Source: Bdellovibrionota bacterium (GTDB taxonomy: Bacteria > Bdellovibrionota > UBA1018 > CAIPTA01 > JAALKR01). Taken from it: a stretch of 64,000 nucleotides of DNA. Position 1 is the first letter of the stretch; every line of letters starts with the position of its first letter. A model generated the notes under the pieces. The model had not been told where the DNA came from and ran no database searches. It saw only the letters and a list, made by a program, of their open reading frames with translations. The stretch is taken from assembly GCA_965207455.1 (NCBI GenBank), contig CBDBMJ010000001.1:1216001-1280000 (forward strand), written 5' to 3'. The translations under genes were made by a program, and so were the position numbers. Of the stretch, positions 39,315 through 49,494 are shown piece by piece.

Positions 39315-41075
39315 TTAAACTCGAATATAGTGGACCGACCGTGCCTTTCCCTTCCGAATCAATAGTCCTTCCTCCACTAATTCGCTTAAGTCTCGAGTAA
39401 CCGTAATGCGAGAGACTTCAAACTGTTTTTGATACTCTCTTGGTTTTAAAATCACTCCCCTATTTAGTTGTTCCACCAATTGTAATTGACGATAGTTCAA
39501 ATTGCTTGTCTTGATGGTCTCCAAAGAGCTTGTCAATGAAGAGGCATTTAGTTTTTTAAGAATCACTTTCTCTAGACCATAAACTTTTATATCTGCTTGA
39601 ATTTGTATTCCCTCAAAAACTTGTATTAGGTTGGCAATCCCTGGAGTTCTCTTCTTAATTCTACTCAAAGTATTATAAACTAAGGCATCGTGTTTATAGC
39701 CCACATAACGATAATTCCAAATGTTTTCCACCAATTCCTTCTTGGTTAGATTTCTGCGCTCGAATATAAATTTTAAAATATTATATTGAAATCTTGTTAG
39801 GTGCGGACTGGACCAATAAACATGGTTTTCGTACAAAACTAAAATACAGTTTTTTTTCAAGCCAAATAAAACACAGTTATCTTTAGAAAAAGTAAAGAAA
39901 TTGAGTAAGCCAAGTAGTTGAGATTGATCCAGCTTCAAAATAAATTCTTTTTTCGGAATGCTTTGTCTATCTTCCGACCGTAGAAGCATGTAAATTGGAT
40001 CGGAAACATCTCTTAGATCAACTGATTCATCTTGATAGGAATTGATGACTCGATTTAAAAAATAAGAGCTTTTTGACTCCATTAGCTCTTTTCGCTGCTC
40101 AATCTCATCATCTTTTTGACCCAGTTTTTGTAGGATCGATTTCTCCATACCCAATAGCTTAAGTTCAAGAACATTATCCACACCTTTATGAATAAATTGC
40201 CTTGCTCCCACTAGGCTAAAAAGTGCTTGCTCATAGTTTTTTTGCAAGGACAGCAAGTGTGCTTGCATGATATTTAGTAAAATTGATTGTCGATTATTCT
40301 TCGTTCTATAGATGTTATAAGAGGCTGCCTTAAGGGTTTCTCGCACTTTAGGTAGGTCGCCCATAAAATAATAAGCTTTTGCCAGTTGAAGCTGCGTTTG
40401 AGCCTGTAGATAAAATTCTTTTGTTTTACTTCCCTGTAGAATAGCAAGAGCATTTGGCACATTTTCTTTTAATTCAAAACCAGCCTCTAATTTATAACCA
40501 ATGATGGTGGTGTATATCGCCAAGGCTGTGCCATCGCAGTCTAAACTTTCAGCAAAGTTTTTTGCTTTTTCTAAGAAATCTATGGATTTATGAAAAGCTC
40601 CTGTTTGGTTATAAATATGGCCAATAATATCTATGCAATAAATCCTCTCATAGCTCTGCCCTTCCTGATCACAGACATACATTGCCCTTAGGGCCTGCTT
40701 TAGCGACTTCTCAAAAGAGCCTGTAAAGTAACGATAAAAAGCATGGGCTTGATGGAAGTAAAACAAGTTTCTTTTTATTTTTTTGCTAAGAAAAAAGGAA
40801 TCTTTTATTAGTGATCTTGCTTGGGCATATTGGGATCGCCTCAATAAACTAATAATCCAAAAAAATTGAACCACGATACGCAATTCATCGGACCAGTCTC
40901 TTGCTTGAAGCTGGAGTTCGGCTTCTTCCTCTCGACCCAACATAAAATAGGAGGCAACGGCATAGGCATGGTTATCCGCTATCTTGGGATTTTTCTGCCA
41001 AACCGCTATGGATTGTTCATATTTCCCCTGAAAATACAGTAACTTAGATTCCACTATTTCTCCTAAATGCATCAA
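39315..41075 (-). CDS. TPR + winged-helix + DeoR-like HTH transcriptional regulator
   Basis: Helical repeats, 'LTKKELVENIWNY' OmpR-type wHTH and a C-terminal 'VSRITVTRDLSELVEEGLL.RKG'. Confidence 0.75.
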   Translation of the reverse strand: MMHLGEIVESKLLYFQGKYEQSIAVWQKNPKIADNHAYAVASYFMLGREEEAELQLQARDWSDELRIVVQFFWIISLLRRSQYAQARSLIKDSFFLSKKIKRNLFYFHQAHAFYRYFTGSFEKSLKQALRAMYVCDQEGQSYERIYCIDIIGHIYNQTGAFHKSIDFLEKAKNFAESLDCDGTALAIYTTIIGYKLEAGFELKENVPNALAILQGSKTKEFYLQAQTQLQLAKAYYFMGDLPKVRETLKAASYNIYRTKNNRQSILLNIMQAHLLSLQKNYEQALFSLVGARQFIHKGVDNVLELKLLGMEKSILQKLGQKDDEIEQRKELMESKSSYFLNRVINSYQDESVDLRDVSDPIYMLLRSEDRQSIPKKEFILKLDQSQLLGLLNFFTFSKDNCVLFGLKKNCILVLYENHVYWSSPHLTRFQYNILKFIFERRNLTKKELVENIWNYRYVGYKHDALVYNTLSRIKKRTPGIANLIQVFEGIQIQADIKVYGLEKVILKKLNASSLTSSLETIKTSNLNYRQLQLVEQLNRGVILKPREYQKQFEVSRITVTRDLSELVEEGLLIRKGKARSVHYIRV

Positions 41076-41176
41076 ATTGCATCATTTAAGCTAGCATAAA
41101 TAGTCGATTTTTACAACATACCCAGCGATAAATGTTTTAGGGCAAAAATTTTGCCCGTAAGGGAAAGGAGTAGAAA

Positions 41177-42757
41177 ATGTTACTGGAAAAAACACTAAAA
41201 ACGAAAAACCTGTTTTCAGATTTTAAAAAAAGTCCGCTTAAAGGACTAAGTAAGGAAGATCAGCTAAGATTTAAGACCTTTGCCAAAGGAGAGCCGCGTC
41301 AAAGCCCCTACACCTGCATCCATCATGCCTTTGAGGACTATGCCAGGACTCAGCCACATGCAATAGCCATTGAGCACGAAGGTCAATCGATTAGCTATGG
41401 AGAACTAAATGATAGGGCCAATGCTCTTGCTCAATATTTAATTCAAATTGGAGTCCAGCAAGGCGACAACGTTGGATTATTCTTAAACCGTTCTATTGAG
41501 CTTGTGGTTGGTATTCTAGGTGTTCTCAGAACTGGTGCAGCTTATGTACCACAGGACGTGCGCATTGTTCCTGACGTGCAACTTCAATTTATTGCCAAGA
41601 AAGCAAATATTAAAATTATTTTAAGTAAAAAAGAGTTTGCCGATAAATTATCGTTTCATACTAAAACTAAATACTTAGATGAATTGGATTATACGAATAA
41701 CAAAGAACACGTATTTATCTTACAAGGCAAGCAAACTAACTGCTTTATTCTCTTCACTTCAGGAACTACTGGTATGCCCAATGGTGTGCGAATTACCCAT
41801 GGGAATGTCTGCAATATTTTACTGAGTGCTCCTGGAAATTTAGGAATGCGCCCTGGATTGAAGGTTGCACAAATTCTCAATATATCTTTTGATATGTCTG
41901 CTTGGGAAATTTTAGGTGCACTATCTAATGGGGCTAGTTTAATAATCCGCGGGAACTCTATTCAAGAAACTGTGGAAAAAGCAGATATTGTTATTGCCAC
42001 TCCAAGTATATTGGCTAGCTTAGATAGTAAAACTTGCCGACAAGTAAAAACCGTTGCTGTGGCTGGAGAACCTTGCCCCAAACAATTAGCTGATGAGTGG
42101 TCAACATTTTCGCAGTTTTATAACTGTTGTGGTCCAACGGAAACAACCATTGTCAATACCATGCATAATTACAAAGGTTCAAAACAACCCATTTCCATTG
42201 GTAGACCAACACCCAATAATACAGTTTACATTTTAGATAAAAATCTAAAGCCACTACCAATTGGTGAAATTGGAGAAATGTGGGCTGGTGGTGACTGTGT
42301 TAGTGCTGGCTACATCGGCAACAATAGACTCAACTTTGAGCGCTATAAGCCAGATCCATTTTTAGGTAATGGTCGAAAAATGTTCCGAACGCGTGATTTT
42401 GGTCGCTGGAATAAAAATGGTGAGTTAGAGCATTTTGGCAGAACAGATGATCAAGTAAAAATTAGAGGATTTCGTATAGAACTAGATTCTGTTTCAACTG
42501 CACTAGAGTCTATAAAATCTTGCCACCAAGCAGTTACACTTAAGCTTGATGACCGAAAATTAGTTGCTTTCATTCGCCCCAGCACAGTAAACATTGAAGA
42601 AGCTAAAATAGCTGTAGAAACAAAGCTTTCCTACTACTGCTTGCCTTCACTTATCATTCCAATGGATGCATTTCCTAAAACCGACAGAGGAAAAATCAAT
42701 AAAAGAGAGTTAACTGTCCTAGCCGCTCAAAAACAAGAGGAGGCAAAAAATGCTTAG
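41177..42757 (+). CDS. Stand-alone amino-acid adenylation (NRPS A) domain without PCP
   Basis: FTSGTTGMPNGV, GPTETT, GEMWAGG, RTRD.GR, DDQVKIRGFRIEL and GKI motifs. No GGxS carrier motif. Confidence 0.9.
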   Translation: MLLEKTLKTKNLFSDFKKSPLKGLSKEDQLRFKTFAKGEPRQSPYTCIHHAFEDYARTQPHAIAIEHEGQSISYGELNDRANALAQYLIQIGVQQGDNVGLFLNRSIELVVGILGVLRTGAAYVPQDVRIVPDVQLQFIAKKANIKIILSKKEFADKLSFHTKTKYLDELDYTNNKEHVFILQGKQTNCFILFTSGTTGMPNGVRITHGNVCNILLSAPGNLGMRPGLKVAQILNISFDMSAWEILGALSNGASLIIRGNSIQETVEKADIVIATPSILASLDSKTCRQVKTVAVAGEPCPKQLADEWSTFSQFYNCCGPTETTIVNTMHNYKGSKQPISIGRPTPNNTVYILDKNLKPLPIGEIGEMWAGGDCVSAGYIGNNRLNFERYKPDPFLGNGRKMFRTRDFGRWNKNGELEHFGRTDDQVKIRGFRIELDSVSTALESIKSCHQAVTLKLDDRKLVAFIRPSTVNIEEAKIAVETKLSYYCLPSLIIPMDAFPKTDRGKINKRELTVLAAQKQEEAKNA

Positions 42758-44114
42758 TCAAACCATCACATCAACGATAAAAAATACAAACGCTGTGGAG
42801 CTTGTGAATCAGGAAAGCTCCGCCCTACCTCCAAAGAAATCATTCCTATATAGGCTCAGTAAGGATCCTCTATGCATGCCCTACAACCGTCTAGCTATAT
42901 TTATTTTTGCTGCCAATGCTATAATTTTTACCACACTAGCAAGCACTTTTTCATTTTCTGGGCATGGCATAACGATAGATACGATTCTAAAACTTTGTCT
43001 GGCTAATTTCAGCATTGCTATTTTAATCCGACAGCAATATGTGGTTAATTTACTTTTTAAAGTAGCAACAAGCGCTCCACTGACTTGGCCCCTTAGTATT
43101 CGATGGGCTTTAGCTAAGGTGTATCACTTTGGTGGTATTCATGTAGGTGCTTACTTCTCAGGCAGTCTGTGGTTTGCTCTTTTCACATTAGCTTGTCAAA
43201 ATAGCACCGGCCATTGGGCTAATGTAAAGCTAATGTCTATTTTTCACTTAGCAATACTACTTGGCATAATGTGCGTATCCTTGCCAGCCTTTCGTCAGCG
43301 TCACCATAACCAGTTTGAAGTAATTGCTCGCTTTGGTAACTGGACTTCTTTAGCGTTGTTTTGGGCACAAACCATTCTCATTATTAAAATGAATAGCCAA
43401 GGTTCTTTGGCACTGGCACTGTTAGAGTCACCTTATATTTGGATTTTAAGTTTACTTACCTTCAGTGTAGCTCTACCTTGGTTGCGATTAAAAAAGGTAA
43501 ATATCGACTTATCAACTCCTTCCAATCATGTGGCATTAACTAGCTTTAATCATGGAGTCACACCCTTTGCTGGCTCATCCACTGAACTAAGTGTAAACCC
43601 ACTTTTTGAGTGGCATTCGTTTGCGAATATCAATACTCCTAACAAAGAAGGGTTTCGTTTAGCTATTTCACGTGCAGGTGACTGGACTGGTCGACTCATC
43701 GATAAAAAGCCAAAAAATATTTGGGTGAAAGGAATTCCAACCGCTGGTGTGGGCAATGTGGAGCTTTTATTCAAAAAAGTTATTTGGCTTGCCACAGGAA
43801 GTGGTCTAGGACCTTGTTTGCCCCATATCTTAGCCAACAATGTTCCTTCACAACTGGTTTGGTCCACTCGAACACCTCGTAAAACTTATGGCGATACCCT
43901 TGTTAATGAAATTTTAGCAGTACAAAAAGATGCAATTATTTGGGACACCACCGAGAAAGGAAAACCAAATTTAGTAGAACTGGCCTACAAAGCTTATCGA
44001 GACAGTGGTGCAGAAGCTATCATTTGTATTTCTAACAAAAGAACAACTTGGAATATGAAAAAAGAGCTGGAAGGCAGAGGAATCCCAGTATTGGGAGCAA
44101 TTTGGGATTCATAA
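42750..44114 (+). CDS. Ferric-reductase-like multi-TM protein with a C-terminal FNR-type domain
   Basis: About 6 TMs with conserved His, EWHSFA, RAGDWT and ATGSGLGP (NAD-binding). Confidence 0.75.
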   Translation: MLSQTITSTIKNTNAVELVNQESSALPPKKSFLYRLSKDPLCMPYNRLAIFIFAANAIIFTTLASTFSFSGHGITIDTILKLCLANFSIAILIRQQYVVNLLFKVATSAPLTWPLSIRWALAKVYHFGGIHVGAYFSGSLWFALFTLACQNSTGHWANVKLMSIFHLAILLGIMCVSLPAFRQRHHNQFEVIARFGNWTSLALFWAQTILIIKMNSQGSLALALLESPYIWILSLLTFSVALPWLRLKKVNIDLSTPSNHVALTSFNHGVTPFAGSSTELSVNPLFEWHSFANINTPNKEGFRLAISRAGDWTGRLIDKKPKNIWVKGIPTAGVGNVELLFKKVIWLATGSGLGPCLPHILANNVPSQLVWSTRTPRKTYGDTLVNEILAVQKDAIIWDTTEKGKPNLVELAYKAYRDSGAEAIICISNKRTTWNMKKELEGRGIPVLGAIWDS

Positions 44115-44129
44115 AATAAGGAGAAAATT

Positions 44130-44909
44130 ATGAAATTGAATACATTAATTTTAGAAGAAAAAAAGAATATTATAAAAATTACGATCAATCGAGAGGCCAA
44201 GCTAAATGCTCTATCACAAGAAGTATTTGCTGAATTGGATCAAGTCTTAAAGGATACGGCAAAAAAACCATACCTTAAGGGGCTCATAATTACGGGAGCA
44301 GGTGAGAAAGCATTTGTGGCAGGGGCAGATATTAGTGAAATGGCTCAAATGAATCCAGAAGAAGGTGAGGCGTATGCAGCTAAAGCACAAGCTGTTACAG
44401 AGTTTATTGAGAACCTTCCCTTTCCCGTTGTTGCCTGTGTAAATGGTTATGCCCTTGGTGGTGGATGTGAGTTAGCCATGGCTTGCGACACAATCTATGC
44501 CAGCGAAAATGCTATTTTCGGTCAACCAGAGGTAAAGCTTGGACTTATTCCAGGCTTTGGTGGCTGTGTCCGCTTAATTCGCTATGTGGGTTTAGCAAAA
44601 GCCAAGGAACTCATTTATTCCGGCAAAAGCATTAGTGCTAAAGAGGCAAGCACGCTTGGCCTCGTGAGCAGGGTTTTCACAAATAAACAGCAGATGCTTA
44701 GCGAAGCAGAGTGCTTTTTAGAAAATACAGCAAAAAATTCCATGCAAGCTATTTCTCAATGCAAACAAGTTATAAACAGTACATTTGGCTGTTCCACGGC
44801 TGAAGCTTTAGAGATAGAAAGAAAAAAATTTCGTAAAGTTTTTGCTACAGAAGATAAACTGGAGGGTATAGATGCCTTTTTAAATAAACGAAGTGCAAAC
44901 TTCCATTAA
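44130..44909 (+). CDS. Enoyl-CoA hydratase/crotonase
   Basis: AFVAGADI, GYALGGGCELA and FGQPEVKLG motifs. Confidence 0.93.
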   Translation: MKLNTLILEEKKNIIKITINREAKLNALSQEVFAELDQVLKDTAKKPYLKGLIITGAGEKAFVAGADISEMAQMNPEEGEAYAAKAQAVTEFIENLPFPVVACVNGYALGGGCELAMACDTIYASENAIFGQPEVKLGLIPGFGGCVRLIRYVGLAKAKELIYSGKSISAKEASTLGLVSRVFTNKQQMLSEAECFLENTAKNSMQAISQCKQVINSTFGCSTAEALEIERKKFRKVFATEDKLEGIDAFLNKRSANFH

Positions 44910-45141
44910 GTAAGAGTCAATAAATTTCTAACTCAAAAACCACAAATCATTGTGGCTGGTGAACTGCGGAATTTTATCATCGAAACTACTGTATTTTTGT
45001 TCAATTATTGATGATAAAATCACAATAATAATTTTTTTCTTTGAAAAATAATTGACTCTAATAAATTTTCATTTATAGTTGAAAAAAGATGCATGGTGTA
45101 TCTCTTAAATAAAATAACAAAAAAATAAAAAGGAAAATATT

Positions 45142-45660
45142 ATGAAAAACATGAAAACTATATTAATGGCAGCGAGCTTAACCGTGGCTCTATTCTAAAA
45201 TCCCGCTCTAGCACGTGATAAGGAAAGGTATCTAGACTTTAAATGTCCCTCTGTGAGTTCACCTGAAGACTATAGAATCTCAATAAAGTTGTACTATAAT
45301 GACTCAAAACCTCGAGAGGGGTTGCCCATCTCAGCATAAAAGACTATTTCGATCGTCGCAGGTTTAGTCGTTGTGATATTATCTGATCAAATGAGGATCC
45401 AAATTTTAAAAACAAAGGTGAGCGCTATATTCTTCCTGTTGTTATGCACTGTAAGAGAAATCCCGAGGGACTCTATGATGAAGGAATGTTTAATTTAGAT
45501 TTAACGAAGGGTGCAAGAAGCGCATCAGTAAATATACCAGATCCAACAGCCCATAATACATTTGATCATTATCTTTATTACTGGAGGTCAACCCGGCGGT
45601 AAATGGGTTAGAAGCAGAACAAAAATTCATAATTGCAAAGCAACATTGTGGCAAGAATAA
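45142..45660 (+). pseudogene. Degraded secreted-protein gene
   Basis: RBS followed by MKNMKTILMAASLTVALF*NPALA (signal peptide with a stop), then fragmented frames up to the terminator. Confidence 0.45.
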
Positions 45661-45686
45661 AGCCAAGCACTTAACATAACAATACT

Positions 45687-45727
45687 AAATCCTCTGCCTA
45701 GCAATAGGCAGAGGATTTTTTCTTTTA
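45687..45727 (+). terminator. Intrinsic terminator
   Basis: AAATCCTCTGCCTA-GCAA-TAGGCAGAGGATTT followed by a T-run. Confidence 0.85.
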
Positions 45728-45830
45728 TGTCTTATCTGAATATTAAAAACTAAATCACAGTAGAAAAAAAATATTTTAGTAGTATGAACCCCGTATCACC
45801 AAAAAGTTATTTAAGTGATATAATTTGATC

Positions 45831-46388
45831 TTAGTTCCCATTTGCGCAGTCTCTCCCCAAAATGCTAGTTACACCGTCAGAACAAGTGAGTGCAAAATTA
45901 ACATAAATATTATCAAATATGCCGTCAGAAGTCCTCAAAGCGGAAACATCCCAACCAGATAAATTGAGAGACTCTAAACTCGAAGCATGAGAAAACATTG
46001 AACTCATATTTATTACACTAGAGGTAACAAAATTAGACAGGTCAAGAGACTCTAAACTCGAAACATAAAAAAACATTGATCTCATACTCATTACAGTAGA
46101 GGTAACAAAATTAGACAGGTCAAGAGATTCTAAACTCGAAGCATGAGAAAACATATGCTGCATATCTTTTACACTAGAGGTAACAAAATTAGACAGATCA
46201 AGAGACTCTAAACTCGAAACATGAGAAAACATATATTGCATATTCGTTACACTAGAGGTAACAAAATTAGACAGGTCAAGAGACTCTAAACTCGAAGAAT
46301 AAGAAAACATATACTGCATACTCGTTACACTAGAGGTAACAAAATTAGACAGATCAAGAGACTCTAAACTCGAAGTATAAGAAAACAT
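45831..46388 (-). pseudogene. 5'-truncated BspA/DUF285 leucine-rich-repeat surface protein
   Basis: About six 26-aa (78-bp) repeats 'MFS..SSLESLDLSNFVTSSV..M'. Begins at an internal repeat Met with no signal peptide. Confidence 0.8.
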
Positions 46389-46396
46389 TAGCGAAA

Positions 46397-46744
46397 ATGA
46401 ATCATATGGTTATCTATACTGCGATGATAGAAGAAACAAGAAAGTTTTGGGACTCTGTTTTATTATGTGAGAATGAATCAAGTAAAATGAAGCATCTCCA
46501 TTATGAGGTTGGACCTTTTATAGTAATGTTTAACGAAAACAAGGAGGCAGAACGAAATCTACTAAATGTAATTGGACATATAGGTTTTGAATTTGAGAAT
46601 AGGAGCCATATTGACTCTGAATTTGAAAGAATTTGAATAAAAAAACCTATTGGGGGCGTGAAACAGGATCCCTACCGATTTTATATCGACGACCCAAATG
46701 GAATTAAAATTGAATTTGAAACATGGGAAGGATGTTTAGAGTAA
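46397..46744 (+). pseudogene. VOC/glyoxalase-family gene with one in-frame TGA
   Basis: NHMVI…HIGFE…ERI*IKKPIGG…RFYIDDPNGIKIEFE, all in one frame. Confidence 0.75.
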
Positions 46745-46788
46745 CTGTTAAATCGAGGAAGAATTTTCATCAACGTCGGCCGGTTCGA

Positions 46789-48401
46789 GAGCCTGTAAGT
46801 TATTTTGTGTAACTGCGGTTTTAGCACCAAATCAACTCTCATCGTCAATGAAAAGTTAATTCAACTGCCGCTTCTATTTTTTTCCAGCAGCATTAACTGC
46901 TAGAAAATTATTTATATCAAATCCATCTCTCCGTGTCAATCATGAAATTAAAAAAAATGTAAAATCTTAACGGGTAATAGCTTTCACTAAGTGAGTTTTA
47001 AGCAAAAACCATACAACCCCCTGGAACCCAAGGGGTAGTTTTTAGATAGCGAAGACTAGCTAAATAATTTATATTTTACTTCAAGCGAAAGGTTACTCTC
47101 TTTTGCCTCAGAGATCGAACCTGCCTTCATATTCAATTGCAAATCGGTTCATTGCTAAAGGCCAATTATGCAATGGCATTGTCCATTTACGAGATGCCTG
47201 TTGTGTTGCTAAATAAATTAACTTTAAAGCAGACCCATCGTTTGGAAATATTTTTCTATTCCTAATGCTCTTACGGATAACACTGTTTAAAGACTCTATC
47301 GCATTCGTTGTATAGATAACTTTTCTGATCTCATAGGGATAATCAAAAATAGAAATTAAATTTTCCCAATTATTCCTCCAAGAACGCTCTATCTGAGGAT
47401 ATTTATCCGACCATTTTTTCCCAAATGCATCTAGCGCTGTCTGGGCAGCTTCCAGTGTTGGAGCACCGTAAATTGCTTTTAGATCCTTAGCTACTGCCTT
47501 CTTATCTTTTGAGGGCACATATCGAAAAGAATTACGCATCATATGGACGATACATAACTGTATCTTAGCCTTAGGAAATGCCGTTGTAATTGCTTCCGGA
47601 AAACCAGTTAGACCGTCTACACAAACAATAAAAATATCCTTAACTCCTCGGTTCTGCAAATCTGTTAAAACACTTAACCAAAATTTAGCTCCTTCTTCAC
47701 CTGCAATCCAAAGACCAAGGAGTTCCTTGTGTCCCGACTGTGTAACTCCCAATGCAAGATAGACCGATTTATTTCTTACACGACCACTCTCATGAACTTT
47801 CACGACTATACAATCAAGGTATAGTATGGGGTATACCTTATCTAGGGAGCGACTCTGCCATTCCTTAACGGTATCTATAACTGCATCTGTGACATTAGAG
47901 ATAACCGTATGGGATATTTCTGCCCCACCATAGAGTTCCTTAATTGTTTCCTGAACATCTCGTGTGGTCATACCTCGGCTATACAGAGCCAGTATAGTGT
48001 CCTCAAAGCCCTCTAAGCGAGTTTTCCCTTTTGGGATAACTTTAGGCTCAAATGAGGCGTCTCTGTCTCTAGGAGTGCTCAAATCAAGCTCACCCTTATC
48101 ACATTTTATCGTTTTTGAGCTGTAACCATTGCGAGTATTCTTTCTTCGATTACCCAATTTATCATTTCTCTCATAGCCCAGGTGATCATCTAACTCTGCA
48201 TTGAGCGCAGATTCAAAAATCGTCTTTGTTAGCTGACCCATGATCCCTGAAATATCTTTTTGTGTTTTTACACCCCTGGCAAGTTCTTTGCCTATCGCAT
48301 CAATATCCATAACTACTTTCTCCTTCTGATGATTCATCATACCATTTGATGATTCCACCATATTATAAGTTAAGCAGTTACACAATTTACTTTACAGGCT
48401 C
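46789..48401 (-). mobile_element. IS256-family insertion sequence (no target-site duplication)
   Basis: IRs GAGCCTGTAAGTTATTTTGTGTAACTGC and (reverse complement) GAGCCTGTAAAGTAAATTGTGTAACTGC. Flanks differ: CGGTTCGA vs ATTTTTTA. Confidence 0.88.
47108..48385 (-). CDS. IS256-family transposase
   Basis: RNGY, PRDR..SFEP, VDGL.GF, QLCIVH and YTTNAIESLN motifs. Confidence 0.96.
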   Translation of the reverse strand: MCNCLTYNMVESSNGMMNHQKEKVVMDIDAIGKELARGVKTQKDISGIMGQLTKTIFESALNAELDDHLGYERNDKLGNRRKNTRNGYSSKTIKCDKGELDLSTPRDRDASFEPKVIPKGKTRLEGFEDTILALYSRGMTTRDVQETIKELYGGAEISHTVISNVTDAVIDTVKEWQSRSLDKVYPILYLDCIVVKVHESGRVRNKSVYLALGVTQSGHKELLGLWIAGEEGAKFWLSVLTDLQNRGVKDIFIVCVDGLTGFPEAITTAFPKAKIQLCIVHMMRNSFRYVPSKDKKAVAKDLKAIYGAPTLEAAQTALDAFGKKWSDKYPQIERSWRNNWENLISIFDYPYEIRKVIYTTNAIESLNSVIRKSIRNRKIFPNDGSALKLIYLATQQASRKWTMPLHNWPLAMNRFAIEYEGRFDL

Positions 48402-48406
48402 ATTTT

Positions 48407-49189
48407 TTATTTACAAATCTCTTTTAAAATTATGTTTTCATTTTTCTGAATCTTTTTTATTTCAAGATATCTTTTACATTCCTTAGAGCTTGCCGGGTCT
48501 TTTTTACTCCATAAGCCAATAATTTTTTTATTCTTTTCAGTAATAATTCCATATTTTGGGTAAGTGGTATCCATATAAAGATAAATTCTAGCAATATCTC
48601 CTCGAATTTCATTTCTTGGCTCTACTATCTTTTTAGATTTATCAATTTCAATATCGCAGTTCCCAAAATTTCTAGCCTCTCCATTAATTTCTGATATATC
48701 GTAATTGCTTCTTATAGCATTGACTTGACCGATGGAAGGAACAAGATTATAAAGATCTGCCTCCATAAGCTGAAAAGTTGTATTAACTTTACTTAGGCAT
48801 TTCCTTCCTTTATAAGTTTCTTTTCGTTTTTTTCTCGCACATTTCTCATGACCATTTGTCCATTCTATAAAATTCTTTCCAAAAACAGAGGCTGGAACAA
48901 TATGCTCCCATTCTATTCTATTTGCCCTATTTTTGTACTTTTTATGAATTTTATAACCACATATAGTAAAATCTACTTTCCCATTTAAAGAATACTCACA
49001 AGAGCAATAAAAGGTTTCTCTCCCTAGAATTTTATAAATTTCTTTTAATCTTGTCTTTGCAGAACCAAAATTTTTTACTGTTTTATTTTTTTCAGGAATT
49101 ATATTTTTAATAATCTTTGATTTTTTCTCTATAAAAGAAGAACAAGCACTTAATGATAAGAGTAAGAAAATTATGATTATTTTACTCAA
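48407..49189 (-). CDS. Endonuclease I (EndA/Dns) family lipoprotein
   Basis: LSAC lipobox, TFYCSC, IEWEHIVPAS, EADLYNLVPSIGQVN and RGDIAR.YLYM motifs. Confidence 0.9.
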   Translation of the reverse strand: MSKIIIIFLLLSLSACSSFIEKKSKIIKNIIPEKNKTVKNFGSAKTRLKEIYKILGRETFYCSCEYSLNGKVDFTICGYKIHKKYKNRANRIEWEHIVPASVFGKNFIEWTNGHEKCARKKRKETYKGRKCLSKVNTTFQLMEADLYNLVPSIGQVNAIRSNYDISEINGEARNFGNCDIEIDKSKKIVEPRNEIRGDIARIYLYMDTTYPKYGIITEKNKKIIGLWSKKDPASSKECKRYLEIKKIQKNENIILKEICK

Positions 49190-49494
49190 AGAGAACCCTT
49201 CAATATTATTTTTTTAAATTAAATTCACTTAATTAATTTAACACGATTCTTATTAAACTGTGTAAAAAAATAGAATCATCTTTAATAAAAATGACTCTAT
49301 TAACGTGTAATTTCATAAGACCTATAAATTATCGTTATTGACAGAAAGAGATTAAAGAAAGAACCGTACCTTTATTACACGATATAATTAATAAAGTTAA
49401 ATTTCAAAGAAGGAGAGATATTAAAAATGCTTAAAATATTTATAAATAAAATATTTTTGTTAATATTTTTAATATATTTGCCGAAGTTAATTTT

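Noticed and set aside
45831..46388. 78-bp repeats as CRISPR or a DGR template
   Set aside because: They are in-frame DUF285/LRR coding repeats, and there is no reverse transcriptase in the window.
46634..46636. Stop-codon reassignment or selenocysteine
   Set aside because: Many intact genes here end in TGA, and there is no evidence of a Cys-equivalent position or SECIS.
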